From contig CBDBZU010000004.1 in the NCBI GenBank assembly GCA_965213625.1, positions 1,600,001 through 1,664,000 of the forward strand: 64,000 nt of DNA, written 5' to 3'. The notes under the pieces were generated by a model, which did no database searches, was not told the DNA's origin, and was given only the letters and a program-made list of their open reading frames with translations. Source of the stretch: a bacterium (GTDB lineage: Bacteria > UBA8248). The position numbers and the translations under genes are program-made. Shown here one piece after another: positions 44,816 to 53,791 of this stretch; the stretch's first letter is position 1; each line of letters begins with the position of its first letter.

Positions 44816-45157
44816 ATGTCCGACAGGCGAACCCACACGATAGTCCTCGCTCCTCCCGCGACCAGAGTCGCCGCGGGAGGCAGCACGGCGTTCGAAGTGA
44901 GCCGCTTCACCGAGGCGCTCTTGTTCATCGACGTAACGGCAGTTTCTGGCGATTCGCCCAAGCTCGATTTCGAGGTGCGAACCGGGCCGGAGGATGATGA
45001 AGTCGCTTTCGAGCATACCAAATCTGCGCAAATCACCTCGGCGGGTAAAACCCTCGTCAAGCTCACGAACATTGGCCCCTGGATCAGGCTCGCGTGGTCC
45101 GTCGGCGGGGAGGAGGCTTCGTTCACGTTCGAGGCCAAGCTCGCGCTGAAAACATGA
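44816..45157 (+). CDS. Putative head decoration/cement protein
   Basis: Small beta-rich protein right after the capsid gene; AAGGAG SD. Confidence 0.55.
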   Translation: MSDRRTHTIVLAPPATRVAAGGSTAFEVSRFTEALLFIDVTAVSGDSPKLDFEVRTGPEDDEVAFEHTKSAQITSAGKTLVKLTNIGPWIRLAWSVGGEEASFTFEAKLALKT

Positions 45158-45200
45158 GACCACCTGCATCTGGTGAGCGAGACGAGAGGAGAAAACAGGA

Positions 45201-45911
45201 ATGGCAAGCAGGCAGACGATCATCAAGGAGGTGAAGGTGTTGTTGAAGACGGGCGCGCTGCCCCGGGAGTTCGGGGCTGAGGAGGCGGACTTCGCCGATT
45301 TGGTGAACGCGGCGCTCACACGCTACAGCAAGGACAGGCCGCTCGTTTCGTTCGCCGATTACGCAGGCGATAGCGAGTCGTTCGATTTTCCCCTGCCCGA
45401 GGACTGGGATGACTCCCTCTCCTTCATCCGTGAGGTGGAATATCCACAGGGGGAGAGAAAACCCTCCTACCTGCGGAGGAGCGCCTGGATCATCTATGCC
45501 AAAGGAACCCCGGCGGCGAGGTTCAGGCTCATGTACTTCGCTCCTCAAATGGGCCACACGCTTCGCCTGTTCTACACGATCAAACACACGGCAGATGACG
45601 AACACACCAGTGTTCCCGAAAACGATTTGACCGCCGTGGCCTGGCTGGCCGCCGCGGAGGGCTGTCACCTTCTGGCCCGCCGCTTCGCCCAGTCCTCGAA
45701 CCCGACCCTCGCAGCGGATTCGGTGGACTACCAGAGCAAGTCTTCGGAATACACGCGCCTGGGCCGGGAGCTCGAGCGCAAATACCAGAACCATCTCGGC
45801 CGCAAGGAAGGCGAAGTGGCGGGCGCTGCAGGCGCGTCTCTCGATTGGGACATTCTTCTTTCATTGGCGCGCGGTGAGTACTTCACGCACGGCGCCTCCG
45901 GGGATCGCTAG
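45201..45911 (+). CDS. Putative head-tail adaptor
   Basis: Position and size; ADSVDYQSKS adaptor-like C-terminus. Confidence 0.55.
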   Translation: MASRQTIIKEVKVLLKTGALPREFGAEEADFADLVNAALTRYSKDRPLVSFADYAGDSESFDFPLPEDWDDSLSFIREVEYPQGERKPSYLRRSAWIIYAKGTPAARFRLMYFAPQMGHTLRLFYTIKHTADDEHTSVPENDLTAVAWLAAAEGCHLLARRFAQSSNPTLAADSVDYQSKSSEYTRLGRELERKYQNHLGRKEGEVAGAAGASLDWDILLSLARGEYFTHGASGDR

Positions 45912-45929
45912 GTGGGGAGGAGGGGCGGA

Positions 45930-46433
45930 GTGTTCCGTCGATATGTGGCGCTTGGAGAATTGCCGGAGGTGCCGGCAATCGCATGGGAAGAGGTTTTTCT
46001 CCTCGCGCACGAGGCGATGCGCGAGATCATCGGAATGCTCAGGCGCGAGGTAATGGCGCGAACGCCCATCGGCGCGAGCGGAAACCTCAGGGGCAATATC
46101 TACACCGGAATAAAAGGAATAAGCCCTCAAGTGTTGCGCGGCGTGGTCGCCTCGCGCACCCCATACGCCAGGTACGTGGAATTCGGGCGCCGGGCGGGCG
46201 GCAGAATGCCGCCTTGGAGGGAGGGTACGTCCCTGTATCGCTGGGTGGCCCACAAACTGGATCCGCCCGATGGGCAAATCGAGAGCGTGTCCTTCCTCGT
46301 TGCCCGAGCGATCGCACGGCGCGGGATACCGGCAAGCCGTATGTTCGCGCGCGCCTTCGAGCAAAATCAAAGCCGAATCGATCGGCGTATTCGTGAACTG
46401 CTCGATGAGATTGCGAGGTTAATAGGTGGCTAA
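45930..46433 (+). CDS. HK97 gp10-like neck/morphogenesis protein
   Basis: TP..SGNLR, YARYVEFG; start at GTG 45930 or 45912. Confidence 0.75.
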   Translation: MFRRYVALGELPEVPAIAWEEVFLLAHEAMREIIGMLRREVMARTPIGASGNLRGNIYTGIKGISPQVLRGVVASRTPYARYVEFGRRAGGRMPPWREGTSLYRWVAHKLDPPDGQIESVSFLVARAIARRGIPASRMFARAFEQNQSRIDRRIRELLDEIARLIGG

Positions 46434-46959
46434 ATCACGATACAGAGAAATTGGCGACACCATTTTGGCGGAAATATCGAGCGTACCGGAGGCAGGGCGG
46501 GTGCACGCCTATCAGCGCTGGTCGGCCGATTTGGGGAAATACCTGGACCATTTCCGTTGGGAGGCGGGCGGCGGCCTCGCCCAGATCAGGGGTTGGGTGC
46601 TGACGCGCGAGAGAGCAGGGGAGGAGGCTGCATCGGTCGGCTCTAGCGCGTCCGGCGGCTTCACGCCCTCAGGCCTCAGCAGGCGAACCCACACGTTCTT
46701 GCTGTTCGGCATCATGAGCGCCGAGGACGCGGTGGGCAGCGAGGTGGCCTTTCAGGATCTGATCGAGGAGATTTGCGACCGCTTCAGGGACGACAGGGCG
46801 CTACGCCTCCTCGATGATTCAGGCGCCCCGCGCGTCCGCTCCCTGGAGCGTCTTCAGCCTCCGCAGGTGGATCTGATTGAACTGAGAACATTTGGAAACG
46901 TGCTTTGCCACTACGTCGAAATCAGGCTTCGGGCAATAGAGCGGATTCGGCGGGATTGA
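46426..46959 (+). CDS. Putative tail terminator/completion protein
   Basis: Lies between the gp10-like and tube genes; Gp37-like size. Confidence 0.55.
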   Translation: MAKSRYREIGDTILAEISSVPEAGRVHAYQRWSADLGKYLDHFRWEAGGGLAQIRGWVLTRERAGEEAASVGSSASGGFTPSGLSRRTHTFLLFGIMSAEDAVGSEVAFQDLIEEICDRFRDDRALRLLDDSGAPRVRSLERLQPPQVDLIELRTFGNVLCHYVEIRLRAIERIRRD

Positions 46960-47032
46960 GTGAAGCAAATGAAATGAAACCGGCGGAGGATGTTTCTTCG
47001 CCTTAAAAAAATTCAAAGGAGGAGAACAGCGA

Positions 47033-48172
47033 ATGGGCGATACGATATTGATGGATCGGCAAACTATCGGCGCGACGGAAGAGAAGGAACTTGTGGCGGA
47101 TTCCGCCGACGCCTCCACCCTGGTGGACGCCGCGCTCGCAGAGGATGATGACTTCTGGAACGGCTCGGTGCTGCGCACGATTCGGGGGATGGGTGTTGGC
47201 CAAAAAAGAAAGGTGAGCGATTACGACGCGGCCTTGGACACGCTCACGGTGGACACCGCCTGGGACGCCATGCCGGCGGCGGGCACGGCCTACCTACTGG
47301 ATAGGCCCGCTGTTTCTTCGGAACTGTTCCGGGCGGGCAACTTCACCCATGAGGTCAGCGTTGAGCAGCTGGAACGCGCGGTGAAGGATGCGAGCCTCTC
47401 GCCTTTTCCCTCGATTCCAGGAAAACGCTCCGCGCAGATTTCCTTTTCCACCGAGTTGCGCGGTTCGGGAGTTCCCGGAGTTGCGCCCGATTACGGACTG
47501 TTGTTCAAGGCGTGCGCGATGAGCGAGGCCATCGTGGAGGGCGCTTCCGTCACCTATGCGCCCGTGTCCGATAAATCGGACTATACGAGAGTCTGCCTGA
47601 CGACGTTCATCGACGGACTGCGGGTGATGTATCTGGGCTGCATGGGGAGTTTTTCCATCAACTGTCCCCTGGACGGCGTTCCCACGGTGGATTGGGAGTT
47701 CGAGGCGGCTGATTTCGAAGTGAGCGATGCGCCGCTCCCGGGCGGCGCGTCCTACGACGAGCAGACGCCCGAATCCATCCTCATGAGCGGCTTTTCGTTC
47801 GGCGGATTCCATTTAGACGCGGCGAACATCCGCTTTGCCATGAACAACGAAGTGGTGCTGCGTCAGAGCGCCAACGCATCGGGCGGGCACGTGAACGCGA
47901 TGGTGACGGGCCGTGCGCCCTCCGGCTCCTTCGACCCAGAAGCAGTGCTCCAGGCCACAGACGACGTGTTCGCCGATTGGGAGAGCGGCGCACAGCTCCC
48001 CCTGCGCGTACAGATCGGTCACAGGGCCGGGAACATCTGCACCATCACCGCGCCCAAGTGCCAGTATTCGGATATGGGATTTTCCGACCGCGACGGCCTG
48101 CTGACTTATGATGCGCCCTTCCGCCTGGCCCGCGACGCGGGTGATGACGAGATTTCCATCGTTTTCACCTAG
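47033..48172 (+). CDS. Non-contractile tail tube protein with an extra N-terminal domain
   Basis: Strong SD; ELRGSG..G.AP, TGR.PSGS.DPE, C-terminal DDEISIVFT; no sheath gene. Confidence 0.72.
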   Translation: MGDTILMDRQTIGATEEKELVADSADASTLVDAALAEDDDFWNGSVLRTIRGMGVGQKRKVSDYDAALDTLTVDTAWDAMPAAGTAYLLDRPAVSSELFRAGNFTHEVSVEQLERAVKDASLSPFPSIPGKRSAQISFSTELRGSGVPGVAPDYGLLFKACAMSEAIVEGASVTYAPVSDKSDYTRVCLTTFIDGLRVMYLGCMGSFSINCPLDGVPTVDWEFEAADFEVSDAPLPGGASYDEQTPESILMSGFSFGGFHLDAANIRFAMNNEVVLRQSANASGGHVNAMVTGRAPSGSFDPEAVLQATDDVFADWESGAQLPLRVQIGHRAGNICTITAPKCQYSDMGFSDRDGLLTYDAPFRLARDAGDDEISIVFT

Positions 48173-48244
48173 CCGTTATTCGACAGGCGGCTTCTTCTTC
48201 ATTTTGGCCAAGTATTGGTTCAGGGAAAACGAACGGGAGGAATC

Positions 48245-48637
48245 GTGGAATTATCAGAATACAGAAACCATGGCCGCAAGCCCATCACGCTGCCTTCGGG
48301 GCTCAAGGGCTTCGTGCGCGCGCCGAATCTCCTGGACATGGCGGCGTATCCAAAGTTATTAGCCGGCGCTTCAAACGGTGCTGCGGGCGAGGAGGAGCAA
48401 TACGCGCTTACCGGGGAGTGGGTGCACTGCATCCTGAGGCGCTGCTTTGTTCCCGAGCGCGGCTCGATGACGGAAAAAGAACCGGGGCGTTGTATGCCCG
48501 ATGAACTCAGCATCCACGAACTCGCCCCGGCGGATGCGGATGCGATTTTCACAGCCGTTACGGCCCTGCAGAACGAGACGGCGGCTCCTGTCCCTGAGGA
48601 GGGCGCGCCGGGCGGCGATACGTTTCCGGCGGCGTAG
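48245..48637 (+). CDS. Tail assembly chaperone (gpG-like)
   Basis: GGGAGG SD, GTG; ITLPSG start; follows the tube gene. Confidence 0.65.
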   Translation: MELSEYRNHGRKPITLPSGLKGFVRAPNLLDMAAYPKLLAGASNGAAGEEEQYALTGEWVHCILRRCFVPERGSMTEKEPGRCMPDELSIHELAPADADAIFTAVTALQNETAAPVPEEGAPGGDTFPAA

Positions 48638-48824
48638 GAAAGAGCTTCTCGGGGTCATTCACTTTCAGGCGAAGACCTATGGCCTCCCCCCGCACCTGTT
48701 GGCTCGATGCTCCTGGGAGGAGTTCCGCTTCAACCAGGAGGTGCTCGAAGCCGGTCTGGCGCTGGAGCGGATGAGTCGGCGGGAGCCGGGGAAAAACACG
48801 AACCTCAGACGATTCAAGAGCTAA
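48624..48824 (+). CDS. Frameshift extension of the tail chaperone (gpT-like)
   Basis: Overlapping +1 frame without its own SD; TTT-C at 48623-48626. Confidence 0.5.
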   Translation, partial: FRRRRKELLGVIHFQAKTYGLPPHLLARCSWEEFRFNQEVLEAGLALERMSRREPGKNTNLRRFKS

Positions 48825-48865
48825 AGAACCGGCTCTCCCGATACGGGGAGGGCCGGTTCTTATTT
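48824..48865 (+). terminator. Intrinsic terminator ending the head-tail module
   Basis: aagaaccggctctcccg / cggggagggccggttctt hairpin. Confidence 0.8.
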
Positions 48866-48911
48866 GGTGCTTGATGTTTTTCCGGTTAAGAGAGCTATTT
48901 TATTCTGGGAA

Positions 48912-49244
48912 TTATTTGTCCCACTGAAAATCAGGATTCGGCGGTGAGAACATGTCGATGTACTCCGCTTCTTCGAGAACTTCGCCTCCGTGCGGGGTTC
49001 CCGCCGGAAACACCATGACGTCACCTGCCTGAACGACCTGGTAATCCTCGTCTCCCGAGTGGAACTTCAGCTTTCCCCGGATCATGTGCGTTATCTGGTC
49101 GAATTCGTGCGTGTGCGTCTTGATGGGACTTCCGGTCTTTGCCGTGATCCGGCACGCCATCACGTTGTCCGTTTTGACGATTCTACCCCGGATGATGTCG
49201 TTCAGTTGTCTTTCCTCGACGTCGTTCCAATGAAGTATAGCCAT
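48912..49244 (-). CDS. Cupin-domain protein
   Basis: HTHEFDQ, PAGTPHG, DMFSPP. Confidence 0.85.
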   Translation of the reverse strand: MAILHWNDVEERQLNDIIRGRIVKTDNVMACRITAKTGSPIKTHTHEFDQITHMIRGKLKFHSGDEDYQVVQAGDVMVFPAGTPHGGEVLEEAEYIDMFSPPNPDFQWDK

Positions 49245-49274
49245 GAGCGCATCCTCATATTGAGAGTTGTGGAT

Positions 49275-50036
49275 TCATGGTCGAAACAAATCTTCTTCTT
49301 TCGTGCGGTAGAGTGTCTGCGCGGGGCGGTGTCCCGCATGGTATTCGAGGCCGCGAATCAAGACGGCGGGAACCCCCTGCTTGTCCTGTCCCATCACCAT
49401 GCTCGCCGCCGCCGCGATTTCATCCGCATGCGCGAGTATGGTGATCTCGAGGGCGCGGCCTGTTCTGTCTTTCTCTCCTCTCAAATCCACCAGAGGCTCC
49501 AGACCGGCGCATCCTATCGCAACGCCGACGACGCCTCGCCGAAAGGCACGCCCCTGGGTGTCGGCGATGAGGACGGGAACGAAGGCGTCCGTCGCGTGTT
49601 TGATTTCTTCATGGAGTTTCCGGGCGGAGATGTCGGCGTCGCGGGGCAGCAACAGCACCTCATCTTCATCCCCTCCGACGTTTGAGCGATCGATGCCTGC
49701 ATGGGCGCATACCGCGCCTGTTCGGTGCTCCACGATGAGCGCACGCTCCGAGGCGACGACTATCTCGTTCGATTCCCTGAGTACCGCCTCCACCAACCTG
49801 GGGTCACGCCCGTCGCGGTTTGCGATATTGAGCGCTTCACGCGATGGCTCGACGCTTTTCAGGTCCAAAAGCCTGCCTTCGGCCTTGCTGACGATCTTCT
49901 GCGCGAGGACCAAGACGTCCCGATCCCGTATTGTCACCCCGCTTGCCTCAATTGCTTCCAGAATCAGGGGCGTGAGTGCGTCGCCCTCTTTGAATTCCGG
50001 CAAACCGATGACGGGGATGATTTCGACGTTTTTCAT
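49275..50036 (-). CDS. cofE: Coenzyme F420-0:gamma-glutamyl ligase
   Basis: QKIVSKAEGR, AGIDRSN, DTQGRAFR, DLFR. Confidence 0.93.
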   Translation of the reverse strand: MKNVEIIPVIGLPEFKEGDALTPLILEAIEASGVTIRDRDVLVLAQKIVSKAEGRLLDLKSVEPSREALNIANRDGRDPRLVEAVLRESNEIVVASERALIVEHRTGAVCAHAGIDRSNVGGDEDEVLLLPRDADISARKLHEEIKHATDAFVPVLIADTQGRAFRRGVVGVAIGCAGLEPLVDLRGEKDRTGRALEITILAHADEIAAAASMVMGQDKQGVPAVLIRGLEYHAGHRPAQTLYRTKEEDLFRP

Positions 50037-50689
50037 CTCATGGGAGCAGAAGCGAGCCACTCCGGTGCTTCTTTCTCGTGGGAGAGCAGGAATTCGAGGT
50101 CTTCGGGAGAATCGATGTCGTGCGCAAAGCCGAACGATTTAAAGGATAGCGGGTCGCTGTGACCATCCCTCGCGGCATCGCTGTGTTTTTCGAAACTCCG
50201 CTCCCCGAACAGAAAGGGAACCGCGTCAATCGGCTGTGTGAAAAGCGCGGTCGTGCCGCCATCCTTGGATTTGGCGATGCGTATGTCGCGCCCGGAGTTC
50301 TCCGGTCGTGCGCGCTCTTCGATAAAAGCGTTCACCTCTTCGCTCGTTAAAAACGGCAAATCTCCGTGGACGATCAACAAGGAGAGGGTGTTTCTCTCTC
50401 TTGCCCAGGTGCGGCCGATTTCGAGGTCATGGTTGAGACCGCCTGATTTCTGGAACAAGCCGACCGCTCCGTATTCTCCCGCCAGAGTCAAAACTTCCGC
50501 GGAATCGCTCACCACCGCTATTTCATCGATGCGCTCCGCATTCCCGACCGCTTTGAGGACGCGCTCGATCATCCAGCGGCCCAGGAGGTTTCTCGTGTTC
50601 TCGTCCAGGGTCTGCGCGAGCCTCGAATTACCGGTTCTGAAATCACGAACGGGTATCAAGGCGACGCAATGGCTTGAAAGACTCATCAT
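50033..50689 (-). CDS. cofC: 2-phospho-L-lactate/PEP guanylyltransferase
   Basis: IPV..SRL, GDLP, DGGT, DIDSPEDL. Confidence 0.88.
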   Translation of the reverse strand: MMSLSSHCVALIPVRDFRTGNSRLAQTLDENTRNLLGRWMIERVLKAVGNAERIDEIAVVSDSAEVLTLAGEYGAVGLFQKSGGLNHDLEIGRTWARERNTLSLLIVHGDLPFLTSEEVNAFIEERARPENSGRDIRIAKSKDGGTTALFTQPIDAVPFLFGERSFEKHSDAARDGHSDPLSFKSFGFAHDIDSPEDLEFLLSHEKEAPEWLASAPMR

Positions 50690-50739
50690 CCATCCCGGAG
50701 GTGTAAGAGAAAACGTGTTTTGAGTATACCTGAAACCTC

Positions 50740-51696
50740 TTATGCCATCTTTTGCACCGATGAGGCGAACGCCAAAACGCCCTGCGCCAGTTTTTTCTTC
50801 GAATTAACGTCGGACATGATGCTGGGCAGCGCAATGCTCCGAAGACCCATCTCTTCGATGGATGGAACCAGGGCCTCATCTTCGGTGTCTACGACGAACC
50901 CGTCGAGCACATCTTTGAGAATCCGGGCGACGCCCAGAGCCGACACCTCATGTCCTAGGCTTTTTAGCATCTCGGCGGCGGGGCCTCTCAAGGCGGCGCC
51001 CCCGATGATGGGGCTTACGCCCACGCGCGGCGCGGACGCGCTGCGGAGACGCTCGTGTATGTCCGATATCGCGAGGATAGGGCCGATGCTCACAATCGGG
51101 TTCGAAGGGCAGAAAACGATTACGCTCGCCTCATCGAACGCGCGCATTACCTCGGGCGTGGCGCGCGCCTCATCCGCCCCCTGGAAGCGCACACCGCATA
51201 CGCTCGGCCGCGTTCCTCTGGCGACGAAGTAATCCTGAAACTCGAGCTCTCCCTCGGGCGTCTTCACGCGCGTGGCGATGGAAGAATCCGTCATCGGCAG
51301 TATGTTCGACTTGACCCCTAAGGATGCGGAGAGTTCGCGCGTCACTTCTGTTAAGCGAGCGCCCTCGGCCAGGCGCTGGGTTCTGCGAATGTGGGTTGCT
51401 AGGTCCTTGTCGCCGAGCCGGAACCAGGTCGGCCCCCCGTAGCGACCCAGGAGGTCGAGCGCGCTCGTCCCGTCGCCGTCGATGCCCCAGCCCGTCTCGG
51501 GGTTCGACATGCCCGCGAGGTTATACATCACGGTGTCGATGTCCGGGCTGATGTGCAGGCCGTGAAGCACCAGGTCGTCCGCGGTGTTTACGACGACAGT
51601 GAGCGCCCCCTCGGGCAGTGCATGGGCCAGGCCGACGGCGAGCTTGGCGCCTCCCACCCCTCCTGCGAGCGCAACGACAGGGCCGGAAATGCTCAT
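50740..51696 (-). CDS. cofD: LPPG/EPPG:FO transferase
   Basis: GGVGGAK, ISPDIDT, WFRLGDKD, PSNPIVSIGPI. Confidence 0.95.
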   Translation of the reverse strand: MSISGPVVALAGGVGGAKLAVGLAHALPEGALTVVVNTADDLVLHGLHISPDIDTVMYNLAGMSNPETGWGIDGDGTSALDLLGRYGGPTWFRLGDKDLATHIRRTQRLAEGARLTEVTRELSASLGVKSNILPMTDSSIATRVKTPEGELEFQDYFVARGTRPSVCGVRFQGADEARATPEVMRAFDEASVIVFCPSNPIVSIGPILAISDIHERLRSASAPRVGVSPIIGGAALRGPAAEMLKSLGHEVSALGVARILKDVLDGFVVDTEDEALVPSIEEMGLRSIALPSIMSDVNSKKKLAQGVLAFASSVQKMA

Positions 51697-52328
51697 CGGA
51701 CGATCAGCACCGGCTTGGGCGTTTCTTTGGGAGCGGGCAGCTGCGCGGGGTAGCCTGCCACGATGAGCGCCCTGGGTACCCACTCTGCGGGCAGGTCCAG
51801 AGCCTTTCTGGCCGTTTCAGGACAGAACAAGGGCGCGCAGCGCCACACGGAGCCTACCCCATGTGCCGCGAGGGCGAGCATCAAGCTTTGAAGTGCACCG
51901 CCCAGGCTGTGTTCGGCCATCATCCATTCGTTTGCCTGTTTTTCTGGTTCCTCGTAATTGTCCAGGTCCGCGAAGGAAAGAGACGCCATGATGAGCGCGG
52001 GCGCGCCGGTCAGCAGGCGGATGCTCCCCCGGTGCCTGCGCGTTCGTTCCTCTTCAGAAACCCCCTCCGCTTCCATGTCGCGGAGAAAATCCTCGCCCAT
52101 CTCGGCGGCGAGAGTCTCCTTCGCCTCATTGGAATCTAAGATGCAAAACCGCCAGGGGGTCGTCCCGTGCGGGCTGGGGGCCAGACACGCGGCGGAGAGG
52201 GCTGTTTTCAGTATCTCCATCGGGACGGGCTCGGCCGTGAAATGCCGGATGGATCGCCTTTTGCGCAAGGCTTCATCCAGCGAAATGGAGAGTGTCGGTT
52301 TTTTGTCTTTGGTAGAGGGAGTGTCCAA
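51693..52328 (-). CDS. Nitroreductase-family protein, FbiB C-terminal-like
   Basis: RRSIRHF, APSPHGTTPWRF; located in the F420 operon; start approximate. Confidence 0.8.
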   Translation of the reverse strand: MDTPSTKDKKPTLSISLDEALRKRRSIRHFTAEPVPMEILKTALSAACLAPSPHGTTPWRFCILDSNEAKETLAAEMGEDFLRDMEAEGVSEEERTRRHRGSIRLLTGAPALIMASLSFADLDNYEEPEKQANEWMMAEHSLGGALQSLMLALAAHGVGSVWRCAPLFCPETARKALDLPAEWVPRALIVAGYPAQLPAPKETPKPVLIVR

Positions 52329-52329
52329 C

Positions 52330-53772
52330 TTATGACTCTTGTGGCTCCCAGCCCGGCGGCGCGCCGCCCTGGGCCGGGCTCGGGGGAGGTGGAAGTTTGC
52401 GCTTCTCCCCGGGTGGTGGGTCTGCCGGGGTGTCCGGAATCGGCTGGCCCGCGAGGAACCCGCGCACGCCGTCGGGGCGCGCCTCATCCCCGTAGGCCGT
52501 GTCGAGGCATTCTTCCAGTTCCTCGGGCGTCTTGGGGCTGTCGACCATGTTTTGAGCGGCGAAACCGGCGCCATCGAATGGGTCGTATTGTGGGAGGCCT
52601 TCCGGCGTGCCGCTCCTGGGTCCCAAGGTCGGCACGCGGTTGCGCTGCCTTCGCGCCAGAATGTGCAGGATGTTCCAGGCCCGCCGGTTCTCCTGCATCG
52701 GCTGAATCTCCACGAGTCCCTCTTTTTCGAATTCGCTCCAGATCTCCTTGCCCTTCTCGGTCCGCAGGACGACGATGGTCCAGCCCCGTGTACCCACGCC
52801 CCCGCAGGCGATGTCCGCGAGTTCGGCGGAGAAATCCGCGCAGTGCTGGCACTCGGGGCGCTGGTAGTTCTCCATCGCCTCCTGGAGCGAGAAGGTGACG
52901 AGTTCACCGTCTTTCTTGTGCACGAGCACCTCGCCCTTCACGTTGAATTTCGCCACGTCCGTGAGGGGGATGCCGAGGTCTTTTTCGATTTTCTCCGTCA
53001 TCAGGTCGAAGGTGAAGACCTCGGTGCAGAAAAGCCCGATTTGGAACGCCACGCGATTAGAAAAGCCCCTCAGGAAGCCGCGTTGCTTCTCGATGTGCTG
53101 GGGCCTTTTCTTGTGCGAGACCAGAAAGGCGGGGTCGATGAGCTCCATCTTGCGAATTGGCGTGACCTGACAGGGAACGCCCACGAAGCCGACCTTTTTC
53201 AGGTCTCTTTCTTTCACTTCCTCAAGCGCGAGGTTGTTCGGACAATAGGTGTACCAGCTGCCCGCGCTCGCTCGAATCTCCTCGTACGTCGTGGCGACCT
53301 TGGGACTCGGGTCGCAGGGCGGGTCGTCCTCCCCGACGGCGGAGACCACCGCCCCGTCGATCACGCCCGCCTCGAGCGCCCATGCGAGCAGCGCCGTGAC
53401 GATGCCGCCGTCCTGGGCGCGCTCCATCACGTCGTCGCGCTTGGTCCTCGCCATGAAGATGTGCTGATAGGCGCCGAAAATGCCTTCGTAAGTCTTGCTC
53501 CTCGTTTCACCGAAGGTGGCGTCTTTCAGGTGGTTCTCCCTCGGCCAGAGCCTCGGGCACACAGACGCGCAGACGTCGCAGCCCACCCCCTCACTGATGC
53601 CGCAGTAATCGAAATCGGCTTTTGCCTTAGCCGTCTGCTTGGGCTTGGCGTCGATGTATTCGATGACGTTGTGCGGGCAGACGAGGACGCAGCATCCGCA
53701 CTCGCAGCAGCTGCCCGCGTCCACCACGTCGTTCATCATGTCTTTGAAGGAATGATGGTGAAGTTCGTTCAA
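52330..53772 (-). CDS. FrhB/FdhB-family F420-binding Fe-S flavoprotein
   Basis: CCECGCCVLVCP ferredoxin motif, QDGGIVT, GVPCQ, IGLFC, CQHCADF. Confidence 0.85.
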   Translation of the reverse strand: MNELHHHSFKDMMNDVVDAGSCCECGCCVLVCPHNVIEYIDAKPKQTAKAKADFDYCGISEGVGCDVCASVCPRLWPRENHLKDATFGETRSKTYEGIFGAYQHIFMARTKRDDVMERAQDGGIVTALLAWALEAGVIDGAVVSAVGEDDPPCDPSPKVATTYEEIRASAGSWYTYCPNNLALEEVKERDLKKVGFVGVPCQVTPIRKMELIDPAFLVSHKKRPQHIEKQRGFLRGFSNRVAFQIGLFCTEVFTFDLMTEKIEKDLGIPLTDVAKFNVKGEVLVHKKDGELVTFSLQEAMENYQRPECQHCADFSAELADIACGGVGTRGWTIVVLRTEKGKEIWSEFEKEGLVEIQPMQENRRAWNILHILARRQRNRVPTLGPRSGTPEGLPQYDPFDGAGFAAQNMVDSPKTPEELEECLDTAYGDEARPDGVRGFLAGQPIPDTPADPPPGEKRKLPPPPSPAQGGAPPGWEPQES

Positions 53773-53791
53773 GGATTCTTTCTCCGGCCGG

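Noticed and set aside
42704-48824. Contractile injection system, tailocin or encapsulin
   Set aside because: No sheath or baseplate genes; portal, terminase, neck and tube genes indicate a DNA-packaging siphovirus-like particle.
9000-48865. A single intact 40-kb prophage
   Set aside because: More than half the span is host metabolic or housekeeping genes on both strands; no integrase, transposase, repressor, replication or tape-measure gene; no att repeats or Mu ends seen.
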